From: Thermoanaerobaculia bacterium
GTDB taxonomy: Bacteria > Acidobacteriota > Thermoanaerobaculia > Multivoradales > JAHEKO01
Assembly: GCA_947259925.1 (NCBI GenBank)
Contig: CAMYOG010000026.1
Span: 24,196 to 88,195 of the forward strand
Direction of reading: 5' to 3'
Length of the DNA: 64,000 nucleotides
Shown here piece after piece: positions 33,542 to 43,293 of this stretch (position 1 is the stretch's first letter; every line of letters starts with the position of its first letter). The position numbers and the translations under genes are program-made. The notes below the pieces were generated by a model. It was not told where the DNA came from, made no database searches, and was given only the letters and a program-made list of their open reading frames with translations.

Positions 33542-35419
33542 GTGGCCACCGCCGTCGATCTTCTTCTCCCGCGGCCCCGAGAGGCTCGCGTTCTCGAGGG
33601 CGAGCTGGAGCTCGCTCGGAGCTGCCGGATCGTCTCGTCGACCGCCGCGGCCGATGCCGCCGAGGGACTTCGCCGAGGCCTGGAGCGGCTCGGTATGGAG
33701 CCGTCGCTCGGGGCGAGCGGTGTCGGCCGCGCCCTGCTCAGGCTGGCTCTCGACGCCGAGGAGCCGCTCGGAGCACAGGGCTACCGCCTGAGCATCGAGT
33801 CTGACGGCGTCGACCTGGTGGCAGCCGACGCCGCCGGCCTGTTCTACGGTGCAGTGACCCTGCTCCAATGGCTGTCGCTCGCCGGCCGCCGCGCCGGCGA
33901 CGAGCTGCACGCACCTTGCGTCGAGATCGCGGACGCTCCCGACCTGGCGGTCCGCGGCTTCATGCTCGATATCAGTCGCAACCGCGTACCTCGGCTCGAC
34001 ACCCTGTTCGAGCTGGTCGACCTGCTCGCGGCCCTCAAGTTCAATCAGCTTCAGCTCTATACCGAACATACCTTCGCCTACCGCGGCCACGAGGCCGTCT
34101 GGCGCGACGCCAGCCCGATGACCGAGAGCGAGATTCGCGAGCTCGACGCCTTCTGTCGCAGGCGGTTCATCGAGCTGGTGCCGAATCAGAACAGCTTCGG
34201 ACACTTCCACCGCTGGCTGATCCACGATGCCTATCGGCCGCTCGCCGAGTGCCCCGAGGGCATCGACCACCCGTTCAGCTCCGGTAAGGAGCCGTTCAGC
34301 CTCTGTCCGGTCGATCCGAGAAGCCTACAGCTACTCGAGGATCTCTTCGACCAGCTGCTGCCCAACTTCAACAGCCAGCAGGTGAACGTCGGCCTCGACG
34401 AGACCTGGGATCTCGGCTCGGGCCGCTCGGCCGACGCCTGTGCCGCCAGCAGTCGCGAGGAGGTCTACCTCGACTTCCTGACCCGGATTCACGGCCTGGT
34501 CGACGCCTGGGGCCATCGCATGCAGTTCTGGGGTGACATCATTCTGCGCCGACCCGATCTGATCGGCCGGCTGCCGAGCGACGTCATCGCCCTCGACTGG
34601 GGCTACGAGGCCGATCACCCGTTCGACGAAGAGGCGACGGCGTTCGCCGACGCCGGAGTCGAGTTCTACCTCTGCCCGGGCACCAGCAGCTGGCGGAGCC
34701 TGGGCGGCAGGGTCGACAACGCGCTCGCCAACCTCGCGAACGCAGCCCGGGCCGCCCGGCGCCACGGCGCGACCGGTTACCTGGTCACCGATTGGGGCGA
34801 TTCGGGCCACCTACAGCCGTTGCCGATCAGCTACGTCGGGATCGTCGCCGGCGCGGCGTTCTCGTGGAATACCGCCCAGGCGAGCGATCCGTCCGAGCTC
34901 CCGCTTCGCGATCTACTCCGCCACCACGTGCCAGAGCTCTCGGACCCAGCGCTGGTCGCGGCGACCTTGACCGTCGGCGAGGCACATCACGAGACCGGTG
35001 TCGAGCTCAAGAACTCGACCGTCCTCTTCCACCTGCTCTTCGGCGCGGAGGGGACTCTCGACCACGAGCGCTACGACGGCCTCGATCGCGAGGGGCTGGA
35101 GCGAGCCTTCGATCGCCTGGAGAGCATCGATCTCCCGCGGGCGGAAAGCCGCTCACTGGTCACTCGGGAGCTGGCGTGGGTGCGGCAGGCGCTCGAGCTC
35201 GCGTGCCGCCTGGGCATCGAGCGCCTCGAGGCGGGCCGAGAGCGCCGGGCGACCCAGCTACCGGCCACCGCGCGCCGCGCGCTGGTAGAGCCGCTCGAGG
35301 CTCTGATCGAAGCGTTGCCGGAGCTCTGGCTCGCCCGCAGCCGTCCGGGAGGACTCGAGGACTCACGCGCCTATCTGATCCGGCTGCGTGATCTCTTGAC
35401 GAGGGGACACAAACCCTAA
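33542..35419 (+). CDS. Glycoside hydrolase family 20 (beta-N-acetylhexosaminidase-like)
   Basis: RGFMLDISR, NQLQLYTEH, PNQNSFGH, NVGLDET catalytic pair, WGYE, CPGTSSW, TDWGD. Confidence 0.88.
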   Translation: MATAVDLLLPRPREARVLEGELELARSCRIVSSTAAADAAEGLRRGLERLGMEPSLGASGVGRALLRLALDAEEPLGAQGYRLSIESDGVDLVAADAAGLFYGAVTLLQWLSLAGRRAGDELHAPCVEIADAPDLAVRGFMLDISRNRVPRLDTLFELVDLLAALKFNQLQLYTEHTFAYRGHEAVWRDASPMTESEIRELDAFCRRRFIELVPNQNSFGHFHRWLIHDAYRPLAECPEGIDHPFSSGKEPFSLCPVDPRSLQLLEDLFDQLLPNFNSQQVNVGLDETWDLGSGRSADACAASSREEVYLDFLTRIHGLVDAWGHRMQFWGDIILRRPDLIGRLPSDVIALDWGYEADHPFDEEATAFADAGVEFYLCPGTSSWRSLGGRVDNALANLANAARAARRHGATGYLVTDWGDSGHLQPLPISYVGIVAGAAFSWNTAQASDPSELPLRDLLRHHVPELSDPALVAATLTVGEAHHETGVELKNSTVLFHLLFGAEGTLDHERYDGLDREGLERAFDRLESIDLPRAESRSLVTRELAWVRQALELACRLGIERLEAGRERRATQLPATARRALVEPLEALIEALPELWLARSRPGGLEDSRAYLIRLRDLLTRGHKP

Positions 35420-35479
35420 TTCGGTTGGAGAAGTGCTCGAACTCAGTACCTCTCCAGCTGAATTGCGTCTTGCGTCCCC
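35403..35479. repeat. REP-like long hairpin between convergent genes (possible bidirectional terminator)
   Basis: GGGGACACAA..AATTCGGTTGGAGA pairs with TCTCCAGCTGAATT..TTGCGTCCCC. Confidence 0.65.
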
Positions 35480-35488
35480 CCAACCAGC

Positions 35489-36688
35489 CTACTGCTCGCG
35501 GAGCGCCGCCGAGATCGGTAGCCGCGCGGCCCGGATCGCCGGGAACAGGCCTCCGATCAGTCCAAGCAGCGCCGCGTAGAGCACTCCTTGCAGCATCAGG
35601 CCGGGGGTCACGTCGAACGCGAACGCGATCTGGCTGAAGCTCGAGTAGTTGATCGTCGCCGCCCGAAAGCCATCGAACGCCAGGTACGCCAGACCGCCCC
35701 CCACCAGGCCGCCGACGAGCGCCAGGACCATCGATTCGCAGAGCACCGAGAGCACCACCGGTCCGCCCCGGAATCCGAGCGCCCGCAGGGTGGCGATCTC
35801 GCGGGTCCGGCTCGAGACCGCGTTGTACATCGTGTTGAGTGCACCGAACACCGCCCCGAGCCCCATCAGGATCGCGATCACGGTGCCGATCCCGGTGATC
35901 AGAGTGGTCAGCATCTGGGACTGCCCCTGGTAGAACTCGGCCTCCCGGACCACTCGGACGTTGAGCCGCGGGTCGGTCGTCAGTGCGTCCTTGAAGCCTT
36001 GAAAGGAGCCGGCGGTCTCGAGCTTGGTGTAGACCGCCTGGTAGCTGTTGCCCCGGCGGTAGGCCGATTGGAGAATCGCCGCGTCCGCCCACACCTCGGA
36101 CTCCGCGATACCGCCACCGGCCTCGAACAGACCGACCACCGGCCACTGCTCCCCCGCCACCTCGATCGTCTCGCCGACCGCGAGCCCAGCGAACTCCTCG
36201 GAGGCGCCGCGTCCGACGATCACCTCGTTGAGTCCCCACTCGAACGACCGGCCTTCGACGATCTCGAAGCGGTCACGTACGTGAAACGCAGCCGGCGCCA
36301 CCCCGCGGAGCGGCACGTTGGCGTCGGTTCCGGTCGAGCGCTTGGGCAGATTGATGATCAGGAAGAGCTCGGGCGACGAGGCCGGGCCGTCGTCGAACCG
36401 CCGGATGCCCGGGGCCTCGGCGATGACCTCGGTGTCGGTGCCGGCAAGTCCGCTCACCAGCTCGCTGCTCGAGCCGCTGCGCAGGACGACCGCGTTCTCC
36501 GGCACGGACGACTGCTTGACCATGTAGAGAATCCCCTGCGAGATCGACAGCACACCGACCATCACCGCCACCACACCGGCGATGCCAAACGCCGCGGAAG
36601 CCGACGAGCCGAGCCGCTCGGGGATCGTCTTGAGACTGAAACGCGTGACCGAAACGACCTGCTCGATCCAATTGACCAGTCCAAGCAT
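35489..36688 (-). CDS. MacB/FtsX-type ABC transporter permease
   Basis: GALNTMYNAV..RTREIATLRALGF, GGLFPAIRAAR. Confidence 0.9.
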   Translation of the reverse strand: MLGLVNWIEQVVSVTRFSLKTIPERLGSSASAAFGIAGVVAVMVGVLSISQGILYMVKQSSVPENAVVLRSGSSSELVSGLAGTDTEVIAEAPGIRRFDDGPASSPELFLIINLPKRSTGTDANVPLRGVAPAAFHVRDRFEIVEGRSFEWGLNEVIVGRGASEEFAGLAVGETIEVAGEQWPVVGLFEAGGGIAESEVWADAAILQSAYRRGNSYQAVYTKLETAGSFQGFKDALTTDPRLNVRVVREAEFYQGQSQMLTTLITGIGTVIAILMGLGAVFGALNTMYNAVSSRTREIATLRALGFRGGPVVLSVLCESMVLALVGGLVGGGLAYLAFDGFRAATINYSSFSQIAFAFDVTPGLMLQGVLYAALLGLIGGLFPAIRAARLPISAALREQ

Positions 36689-36691
36689 CTC

Positions 36692-37843
36692 TTATCTCCT
36701 CATCGCGTCGGCGATGCGAAGCCGCTGTGCCTGCCACGCCGGCCAGGTGCCGGCGATCACGCCCAGGAGCAGCGCCACGACGACGCCGAGCAGCCGGTCT
36801 TTCGGCGAGAAGTAGAAGAACGGCAGCATGCCGCCGGACGGATCACCCTTGGAGATCAGGAACCAGGCGAGACCGAGTCCCAGCAGCCCCCCGAGCAGGG
36901 TGATCAGCAGCGACTCCCCGAGCACCAGCATCGAGACGCCTCGATGGGTGAAGCCGAGCGCTTTGAGCGTGCCGAGCTCCTCGGTCCGCTCTCGCACCGC
37001 CTGGGCCATGGTGTTGCCGGCAACCAGCAGGATGGTGAAGAAGACCGCGGCCAGAATCGCGGTGATGATGGCGCCGACGTTGCCTGCTTGATTCGCGAAG
37101 CCCTGCGCGAAGGCGCCCTCAGGCTCGGTCTTGGTCTCGGCCGGCGAGTTCGCGAACTCCTCATCGACAAGCTGGGCGATCTCGGCGGCCCGCTCCGGCT
37201 CGGCGATCTGCACCCAGTACCAGCCGACCGATCCGGTGCCGTACCGGCGACTCTCGTGGAAGTAGTCGTGCCGGAAGAACATCTGCGTCGTGTCGGTGTT
37301 CTTTTCGGCGCCCTCGTAGATGCCGACGATGTCGAACTCCCACGCCCCTTCGCCGTCCTTGAGCCGCCAGATGTCGGGCTCGATCGGAATCCGGTCTCCG
37401 ATCTGCCAGCCGAAGCGGTCCGCGAGCGCCCGCCCGACGACCGCGCCGGTCCGGGTCTCCCCCCAGGCGGCCCGCTCCTCGTCGGTGAGGACGTACTCCG
37501 GAAACATGGCGAGGAACTCCTCGGGCTTGACCGGCATCTTGGCGAAGAAGTTGCGTGGATCCTGGTAGGTGCCGCCGAACCAGGTGGCGAAGGTGGCGTC
37601 CTCGACCCCTTCGATCCGCTCCATCCGCTCCTCGTAGGCCTCGGGCAGGAGCTGGATGATCGACACCTTGTGACGGACCACGAGCCGATCGAGCCCCGCC
37701 AGCTCGACGCCCTGGCTGAACGCCATCCTGAGGGCCGCCATATAGCCGAAGAGCACGAAGGCGACGAAGATCGACAGGACCGTCAGGACGGTCCGCAACT
37801 TCTTGCGCTTCAGGTTGCTCCAGATCAGGCCGAGGTACTTCAT
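36692..37843 (-). CDS. MacB/FtsX-type ABC transporter permease
   Basis: NLKRKKLRT, GNTMAQAVRERTEELGTLKALGF. Confidence 0.9.
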   Translation of the reverse strand: MKYLGLIWSNLKRKKLRTVLTVLSIFVAFVLFGYMAALRMAFSQGVELAGLDRLVVRHKVSIIQLLPEAYEERMERIEGVEDATFATWFGGTYQDPRNFFAKMPVKPEEFLAMFPEYVLTDEERAAWGETRTGAVVGRALADRFGWQIGDRIPIEPDIWRLKDGEGAWEFDIVGIYEGAEKNTDTTQMFFRHDYFHESRRYGTGSVGWYWVQIAEPERAAEIAQLVDEEFANSPAETKTEPEGAFAQGFANQAGNVGAIITAILAAVFFTILLVAGNTMAQAVRERTEELGTLKALGFTHRGVSMLVLGESLLITLLGGLLGLGLAWFLISKGDPSGGMLPFFYFSPKDRLLGVVVALLLGVIAGTWPAWQAQRLRIADAMRR

Positions 37844-38538
37844 GCCACTGGCTCCGTCGTCAGCTGCCCCTTGTCGAGATAGAGCGTACGGGTTGCGCGG
37901 GCCGCGGCGTGCGGATCGTGGGTCACCATGACGATCGTCTTGCCCTGTACCCGGTTGAGGGTATCGAGCAGGTCGAGCACCCCGTCGCTCGACTTACGGT
38001 CGAGGTCACCGGTCGGCTCGTCGCACAGCAAGAGCGTCGGATCGGTGACCAGCGCCCGGGCGATCCCGACCCGCTGCTGCTCTCCACCCGAGAGCTGGCG
38101 CGGATAGTGCCGGCTGCGATCGGTCAGCCCGACCACCGACAGGGCGGTGTCGACGTGCTTGCGGCGCTCCTTCTTGGACAGCCGGGTCAGCAGGAGCGGT
38201 AGCTCGACGTTGCGCGCCGCGTTGAGCACCGGCAGCAGGTTGTAGAACTGGAAGACCAGGCCGACGTGACGCGCGCGCCAGGCCGCCAGCTTGCGCTCCG
38301 AGAGACCGTCGATGCGCTGCCCTCCGACCTCGACCGTCCCCTTGGTCGGCCGATCCAGACCCCCGATCAGGTTGAGCAGCGTGCTCTTACCCGACCCCGA
38401 CGGACCCATCAGCGCCAGAAACTCACTCTGGGGCACGGTCAGGTCGAGGCCGCCGAGGACGTGAATCTTCTCGGATCCACGCTTGAACACCTTGTCGACC
38501 CCGCGCACCTGAACGAGCGCTCCGTTGTCCGAGCTCAT
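37840..38538 (-). CDS. LolD/MacB-type ABC ATP-binding protein
   Basis: [35 protein letters not shown]. Confidence 0.93.
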   Translation of the reverse strand: MSSDNGALVQVRGVDKVFKRGSEKIHVLGGLDLTVPQSEFLALMGPSGSGKSTLLNLIGGLDRPTKGTVEVGGQRIDGLSERKLAAWRARHVGLVFQFYNLLPVLNAARNVELPLLLTRLSKKERRKHVDTALSVVGLTDRSRHYPRQLSGGEQQRVGIARALVTDPTLLLCDEPTGDLDRKSSDGVLDLLDTLNRVQGKTIVMVTHDPHAAARATRTLYLDKGQLTTEPVA

Positions 38539-39740
38539 GAGATCACCTTCACTTCGTCACCCTCCTGCAGAGTTTCAGGCGCGTTCACCACGACCTGCTC
38601 ACCCGGACGGACTCCCGCCGAGAGCAGTGCTTCCTGGCCGCGCACCTCTTCGACCACGACCGCCCGGCGCTCGATCGTGTCGCCGGCCACGACCCAGACG
38701 ACGTCGGCGCCGTCGTTCCAGAGCGCTCCGGCCGGCACCGCGACGCGGGTCTGCGCCGCGTCGGCAACCGTCGTCTCCTGGAACCCGACCTTGACGCCCA
38801 TGTCGGGCAGGATCCGGGGATCGAGCTCGTCAAAGCCGACCCTGACGCGCACGGTAGCTCGCTGGCGATCGGCGGTCGGCACGATCGCGATCACCCGGGC
38901 TGGGATCTTCCAATCGGGATAGGCATCGAGGGTCGCCACCACCGGCTGGCCGGCGGCCACGCGGTTGATGTACGCCTCGTTGACGTCGACCTCGATCTCG
39001 AGCGAACTCATGTCCACGACTGTGCAGATCCCGGTGCGGGTGAAGCCACCGCCCGCGGACACCGGCGAGATCATCTCTCCCGGCTGGGCGTTCTTCGAGA
39101 CCACGACGCCGTCGAACGGGGCGCGGATGATCCGGTCCTCCATCTCCTGGCGCCAGAAGGCCACCTGGCGCTCGGCGACCGCCGCCTCGTCCGCCTGGCG
39201 TGCCAGGCGCGCCTCGAACGAGTCGCGCTGCGCTTCGGCGCGGTCGAGATCCGCCTGGCTGGCGACCTGATTCGCCACCAGGTCACGGGTCCGCTGCAGC
39301 TCGAGCTCCGACTCGTGCACACGGACTCGGGTCTCATCGAGGGCGGTCCTGGCGGCATCGCGTTGGGCCTCGGCCAGCCGCAGACTGACGTTGGTGTTGG
39401 AGAGGTCGAGCCGCGCCAACACCTGCCCCTCCTCGACGATCATCCCCTCCTCGATCCGGACCTCGACGACCTTGCCGGTCACCTTGGAAGAGACCGTCGC
39501 CTGCCGACGGGCGGTCACGTAGCCCGAGGCGTTGAGGACCGTCTGCTGGCCGCCGACCTCCAGCTCGCGGGCGACCGCGGTCTGCACCTCGGCGGCCCCC
39601 GGCCGGGAGAGCCACCACCCGGAGAGAGCCAGTAGCAGCAGGATCGCGATGGCTATCGGTAGCCACTTCGGCAACCGTGCGGCCGGCTCGTCATCCCGGT
39701 CGATGCGCAGGCCGTCCAGCTTCGATTGCAGATCGCTCAT
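38535..39740 (-). CDS. Efflux periplasmic adaptor (MacA/HlyD-like MFP)
   Basis: TM anchor, ASGYVTARRQATVSSKVTG, helical hairpin, RAPFDGVV, EVDVNE. Confidence 0.9.
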   Translation of the reverse strand: MSDLQSKLDGLRIDRDDEPAARLPKWLPIAIAILLLLALSGWWLSRPGAAEVQTAVARELEVGGQQTVLNASGYVTARRQATVSSKVTGKVVEVRIEEGMIVEEGQVLARLDLSNTNVSLRLAEAQRDAARTALDETRVRVHESELELQRTRDLVANQVASQADLDRAEAQRDSFEARLARQADEAAVAERQVAFWRQEMEDRIIRAPFDGVVVSKNAQPGEMISPVSAGGGFTRTGICTVVDMSSLEIEVDVNEAYINRVAAGQPVVATLDAYPDWKIPARVIAIVPTADRQRATVRVRVGFDELDPRILPDMGVKVGFQETTVADAAQTRVAVPAGALWNDGADVVWVVAGDTIERRAVVVEEVRGQEALLSAGVRPGEQVVVNAPETLQEGDEVKVIS

Positions 39741-39939
39741 CCGCCCTCCATGGAGTGCGCTTGCACGGTCATCCTCGCGCAGATCCTGACACGACGTCTT
39801 TCGTCCACGCTCCCGAGTCCGTTGCGCCTAGGGTATCCGGTCATCGTCGCCAGCTTACGGAGAGTGAGACCCGAAGCAATACCTCGGTCGGCCAACGGCG
39901 GCGCACGGTCGGTGAGTGGCGGTAACATCCTCTCGCTGG

Positions 39940-42900
39940 ATGTCCGAAACCCCCTCCACTGCGATCGGGCGACCCGCTCGCCTCCGATTCGGGGCTGGTG
40001 CGCTTGCCACCGAGAAGCTGCTGCTCGAGGAGATCTCGAGCCACCTCGAAAGACTCGGACCGGAGGTCCTCGAGCGGCCGATTCGGCTGGTCGTCCCCTC
40101 CGGGAGCCTGCGCGCTCACCTGCTGGCGCGACTGGTCGAGGCTAGGGGCCGCGCCGTGGCCGGGCTGCAGTGCACCACCCTTTTCGGCCTGGCGATGGCT
40201 ATCGTCGAGCGGTGTGACGGCCCTCCGAATCTGCACGACGAGCTCTCTCTCCTCTTCGCCCGGAGATACGCTCAGGACGAGCCGACGTTGCAGCGGGCGC
40301 TCGCGCACCTGCGAGACGGATTCCACGCCGTCGACGGCACCGTCCGAGATCTGCGCGAAGCGGGTCTCGATCCCGCGCACGTCGAGGCGTTCGAAGAGGC
40401 GCTGGCGGTCGACGGCAAGGAGAGTGACGCCTCGCCGGCCGAGATCGAGCGCGCGCAGGCCCTGGTGCGGGTCACCGGGCGCACGCTGACCGCGCTCGGT
40501 CGGCTCGACGTGCTCTCGACTTCCGGCCTGCTGCAACGCGCGACTGAGCTCGTGCGCGACCTATCCGACGAGGTACTGCCCACGTCCTGGCTCGCCGTCT
40601 ACGGGTTCAGCGATGCGATCGGCGTCGCTACCGACCTGCTGATGGCGCTCCTCCAGCGTCATGGCGGTGTCGTGTTCGTCGATCGCCCTCCGGATCCGGC
40701 GGCGCCCGAGCAGCCGGACGCCGGCAACGTCTTCTCGGCCCGCTTTACCGAGCGGATCTCGGACGTCGCGCGCGCCGACGAAGCGGTCGCCAGGAGCGAT
40801 CCCGCCCGGCTCTCGATCTTCCAGGCGGTCGGCGGCGAGGCGGAGGCGCGCGAGGTCGCGGCCCGGATCCGTGAGCTGATCGACCGGAGTGTCCGGCCCG
40901 AGCGGATCGCGATCGTCGCCCGACACCTCGACGCGCATCGCACCGCTCTGCGCACCCACCTGCGCCGGTTGGCGGTGCCGTTCTCCTCGGTCGGGGCACC
41001 CGGCCCTCCGGGCCCGGACGGCCGCAAGGCGCAGGCGCTCCTCCACCTGCTCGAGCGCCGGGGCGCGGCTCCGGTCGAGCGCTGGCTCGACGCCCGCGCG
41101 GAGCCTTTTCCACAGATCAACGACTTCGATCTGCATCTGGCGCTCTCGGCCGTCGGCGCGGGTCGGCTCGAGGAGATCCCGGGGCGGCCGCTCGAGGACG
41201 TCGCCTACAAGGGACGATATGCCCTGCCGGTCCGGCGAGGCTTCGCAGGAGCGGACGAGGAGGTCTACGCCCACCGCCGCCAGGTGCCGCTGTCGGCGCT
41301 CAAGAGCGCTACCGACGCGGCCCAGAGGCTGTGTGACCACTTCGCCGTCTGGCGGAAGGAAGTCGGGCTCGGGCGCCACGCCGCCCGCTTGCGCGAGCTG
41401 CTCCGCCGGGATCTGGCCTGGAGCCCGTCGAGCGATCTCGGCCGCCAGGTCGCCGCGATTCTGGATGAGCTGTCGCGCGGCGTTCGGCTCGAGCTCGAGG
41501 TGACGTTCGACGAGTTCGTCGACCTGATTCGTAGCCCCCTCGAACGGGTCTGCGAGACCCGCTTCGGCGGGCGCGGCGCCGGCATCCGCATCCTGGACGT
41601 GATCGAGGCACGCGGACTGACCTTCGAGCACCTGTTCGTGATCGGCCTCAATCGTGGCGTCTTTCCGCGGGTCGTGAACGAGGACCCGCTACTCCCCGAC
41701 GCCTTGCGAGCGGTGCTCTCACGGCGCGGATTCGGCGTCCTCCAGGACCTGCCACAGAAGCTGGCTGGCTACGACGAAGAGCGCTACCTCTTCAGCCAGC
41801 TCCTGTCGGCCGCCGCCGAAGTCACGCTCTCGTGGCAGGACGTCGACGAGGACAACCACCAGCAGACCGCCTCGCCGCTGGTCGAGCGGCTGCGCTGGGC
41901 GCCGCTCGAGCGGCTCTCCGCCTGGCGTGAGCCGCCAACCGCGCGCCATCTCTACTCGGCCGCCACCGCGCAGATCGAGCGGCCGGGCTGGCGCCACCGG
42001 CCGGTCCACGAGGCCGCGGTGCTGGCGGGAATCCACGGCGACCGAGCGCACTTCGGCAAGATCATGGCGGTCGCGTGTGAGTCGACCGGAGCCGGAGACG
42101 CACCGCCCAGGCTACCGCGCGGCCTGCACACGGCACGCCTGCGCGTCCTGGACGAGATCGATCCGGAGCGCGGCCGGGTGCGGGGAGAGCGCACGCGAGC
42201 CCGCCTGGGACCCTACTACGGCTTCATCGGACCGATCGCGGCTGAGGGCGATCCGAGAGGTCGCGATCGGCTCTTCGTGACCACGCTCGAGGCCGTCAGC
42301 GCGTGCTCCTGGCGCGCGTTCCTCGAACGGATCCTGCGCCTCCAGCCGATCCCAGACCCGCTCGAGGCGCTGCCGGCGGTCGAGCCGCTGTTCATAGGCA
42401 ACCTGGTCCATCGGGTCCTCGAGCGGATCGTCAAGGGCCAGCTGCGGACTCCCGCGGAGACTCTCGATCAGGCGCGCGAGCGGACGTCCCGCGTCCTCTG
42501 GCCCGACGAGGGCGAGCTCGCCCGGATGCTCGACGAGGAAGCGACCACACTGGTCCTGAAGGAAGGCTTCGCCTTCCCCGGCTTCGCACGGCTGATGGCC
42601 GAGGTCGTCGGCCCCTATCTGACCACGGCGCGCGAGGTCGAGTGGCACGAGACCCTCGCCCTCTCGTCGTCGGCGACCGAGCTGTTCGGCAGCGTCGAGG
42701 TCGCGGGTCCGTCGGGCGAGCCACGCGAGATCTGGCTCAAGGCCGATCGAGTCGACGGCGGCGCCGAGCTCACGCTGACCGACTACAAGACCGGTCGCCC
42801 GATCAGCGACAAGAAGACCGAGGCGACACGCCGCAAGCGCTTCCTCGACAGCGTCCGGGCGGGTCAGAACCTGCAGGCGGTCGCCTACGCCCTGGCCGGA

Positions 42901-43293
42901 GGCGAGCCCGCGGACGTCGGACGGTACATCTATCTCCGCCCGGAGATCGGCATCGAGCTCCAGCACCGGACCGCCGAGGTCGCGGCGGGTGACGAGGACT
43001 TCGCCGAGGCGTTCCGGACGGCGGTTCGTGCCGGTCTGGCAGCGTGGGATCAGGGCACCTTCCTCCCCCGGCTGATCGAGCCGGCCGGTGACCGGGAGTT
43101 CAGATTCTGCGCCAGCTGTCGCGTCGCCGAAGCGTGCCTGCGCGGCGACTCGGGATCGCGCGGGCGGCTCCGCGAGTGGATCGACTCGCGCGCCGCGAGT
43201 CCGACCGTCGATCCGCACGAGCGGGCGCTCCTGGGTGTCTGGCGCCTGCGCGAGGAGCGCACTGAAGACGAGCCGAAGAGGTTCTCCCGATGA
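39940..43293 (+). CDS. addB: AddB-like helicase/nuclease subunit (PD-(D/E)xK)
   Basis: EAREVA, ARGLTFEHLFVIGLNRGVFP, EERYLF, GNLVHRVLE, ADRVD, DYKTG; Fe-S Cys pattern C...CxxCx5C. Confidence 0.85.
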   Translation: MSETPSTAIGRPARLRFGAGALATEKLLLEEISSHLERLGPEVLERPIRLVVPSGSLRAHLLARLVEARGRAVAGLQCTTLFGLAMAIVERCDGPPNLHDELSLLFARRYAQDEPTLQRALAHLRDGFHAVDGTVRDLREAGLDPAHVEAFEEALAVDGKESDASPAEIERAQALVRVTGRTLTALGRLDVLSTSGLLQRATELVRDLSDEVLPTSWLAVYGFSDAIGVATDLLMALLQRHGGVVFVDRPPDPAAPEQPDAGNVFSARFTERISDVARADEAVARSDPARLSIFQAVGGEAEAREVAARIRELIDRSVRPERIAIVARHLDAHRTALRTHLRRLAVPFSSVGAPGPPGPDGRKAQALLHLLERRGAAPVERWLDARAEPFPQINDFDLHLALSAVGAGRLEEIPGRPLEDVAYKGRYALPVRRGFAGADEEVYAHRRQVPLSALKSATDAAQRLCDHFAVWRKEVGLGRHAARLRELLRRDLAWSPSSDLGRQVAAILDELSRGVRLELEVTFDEFVDLIRSPLERVCETRFGGRGAGIRILDVIEARGLTFEHLFVIGLNRGVFPRVVNEDPLLPDALRAVLSRRGFGVLQDLPQKLAGYDEERYLFSQLLSAAAEVTLSWQDVDEDNHQQTASPLVERLRWAPLERLSAWREPPTARHLYSAATAQIERPGWRHRPVHEAAVLAGIHGDRAHFGKIMAVACESTGAGDAPPRLPRGLHTARLRVLDEIDPERGRVRGERTRARLGPYYGFIGPIAAEGDPRGRDRLFVTTLEAVSACSWRAFLERILRLQPIPDPLEALPAVEPLFIGNLVHRVLERIVKGQLRTPAETLDQARERTSRVLWPDEGELARMLDEEATTLVLKEGFAFPGFARLMAEVVGPYLTTAREVEWHETLALSSSATELFGSVEVAGPSGEPREIWLKADRVDGGAELTLTDYKTGRPISDKKTEATRRKRFLDSVRAGQNLQAVAYALAGGEPADVGRYIYLRPEIGIELQHRTAEVAAGDEDFAEAFRTAVRAGLAAWDQGTFLPRLIEPAGDREFRFCASCRVAEACLRGDSGSRGRLREWIDSRAASPTVDPHERALLGVWRLREERTEDEPKRFSR

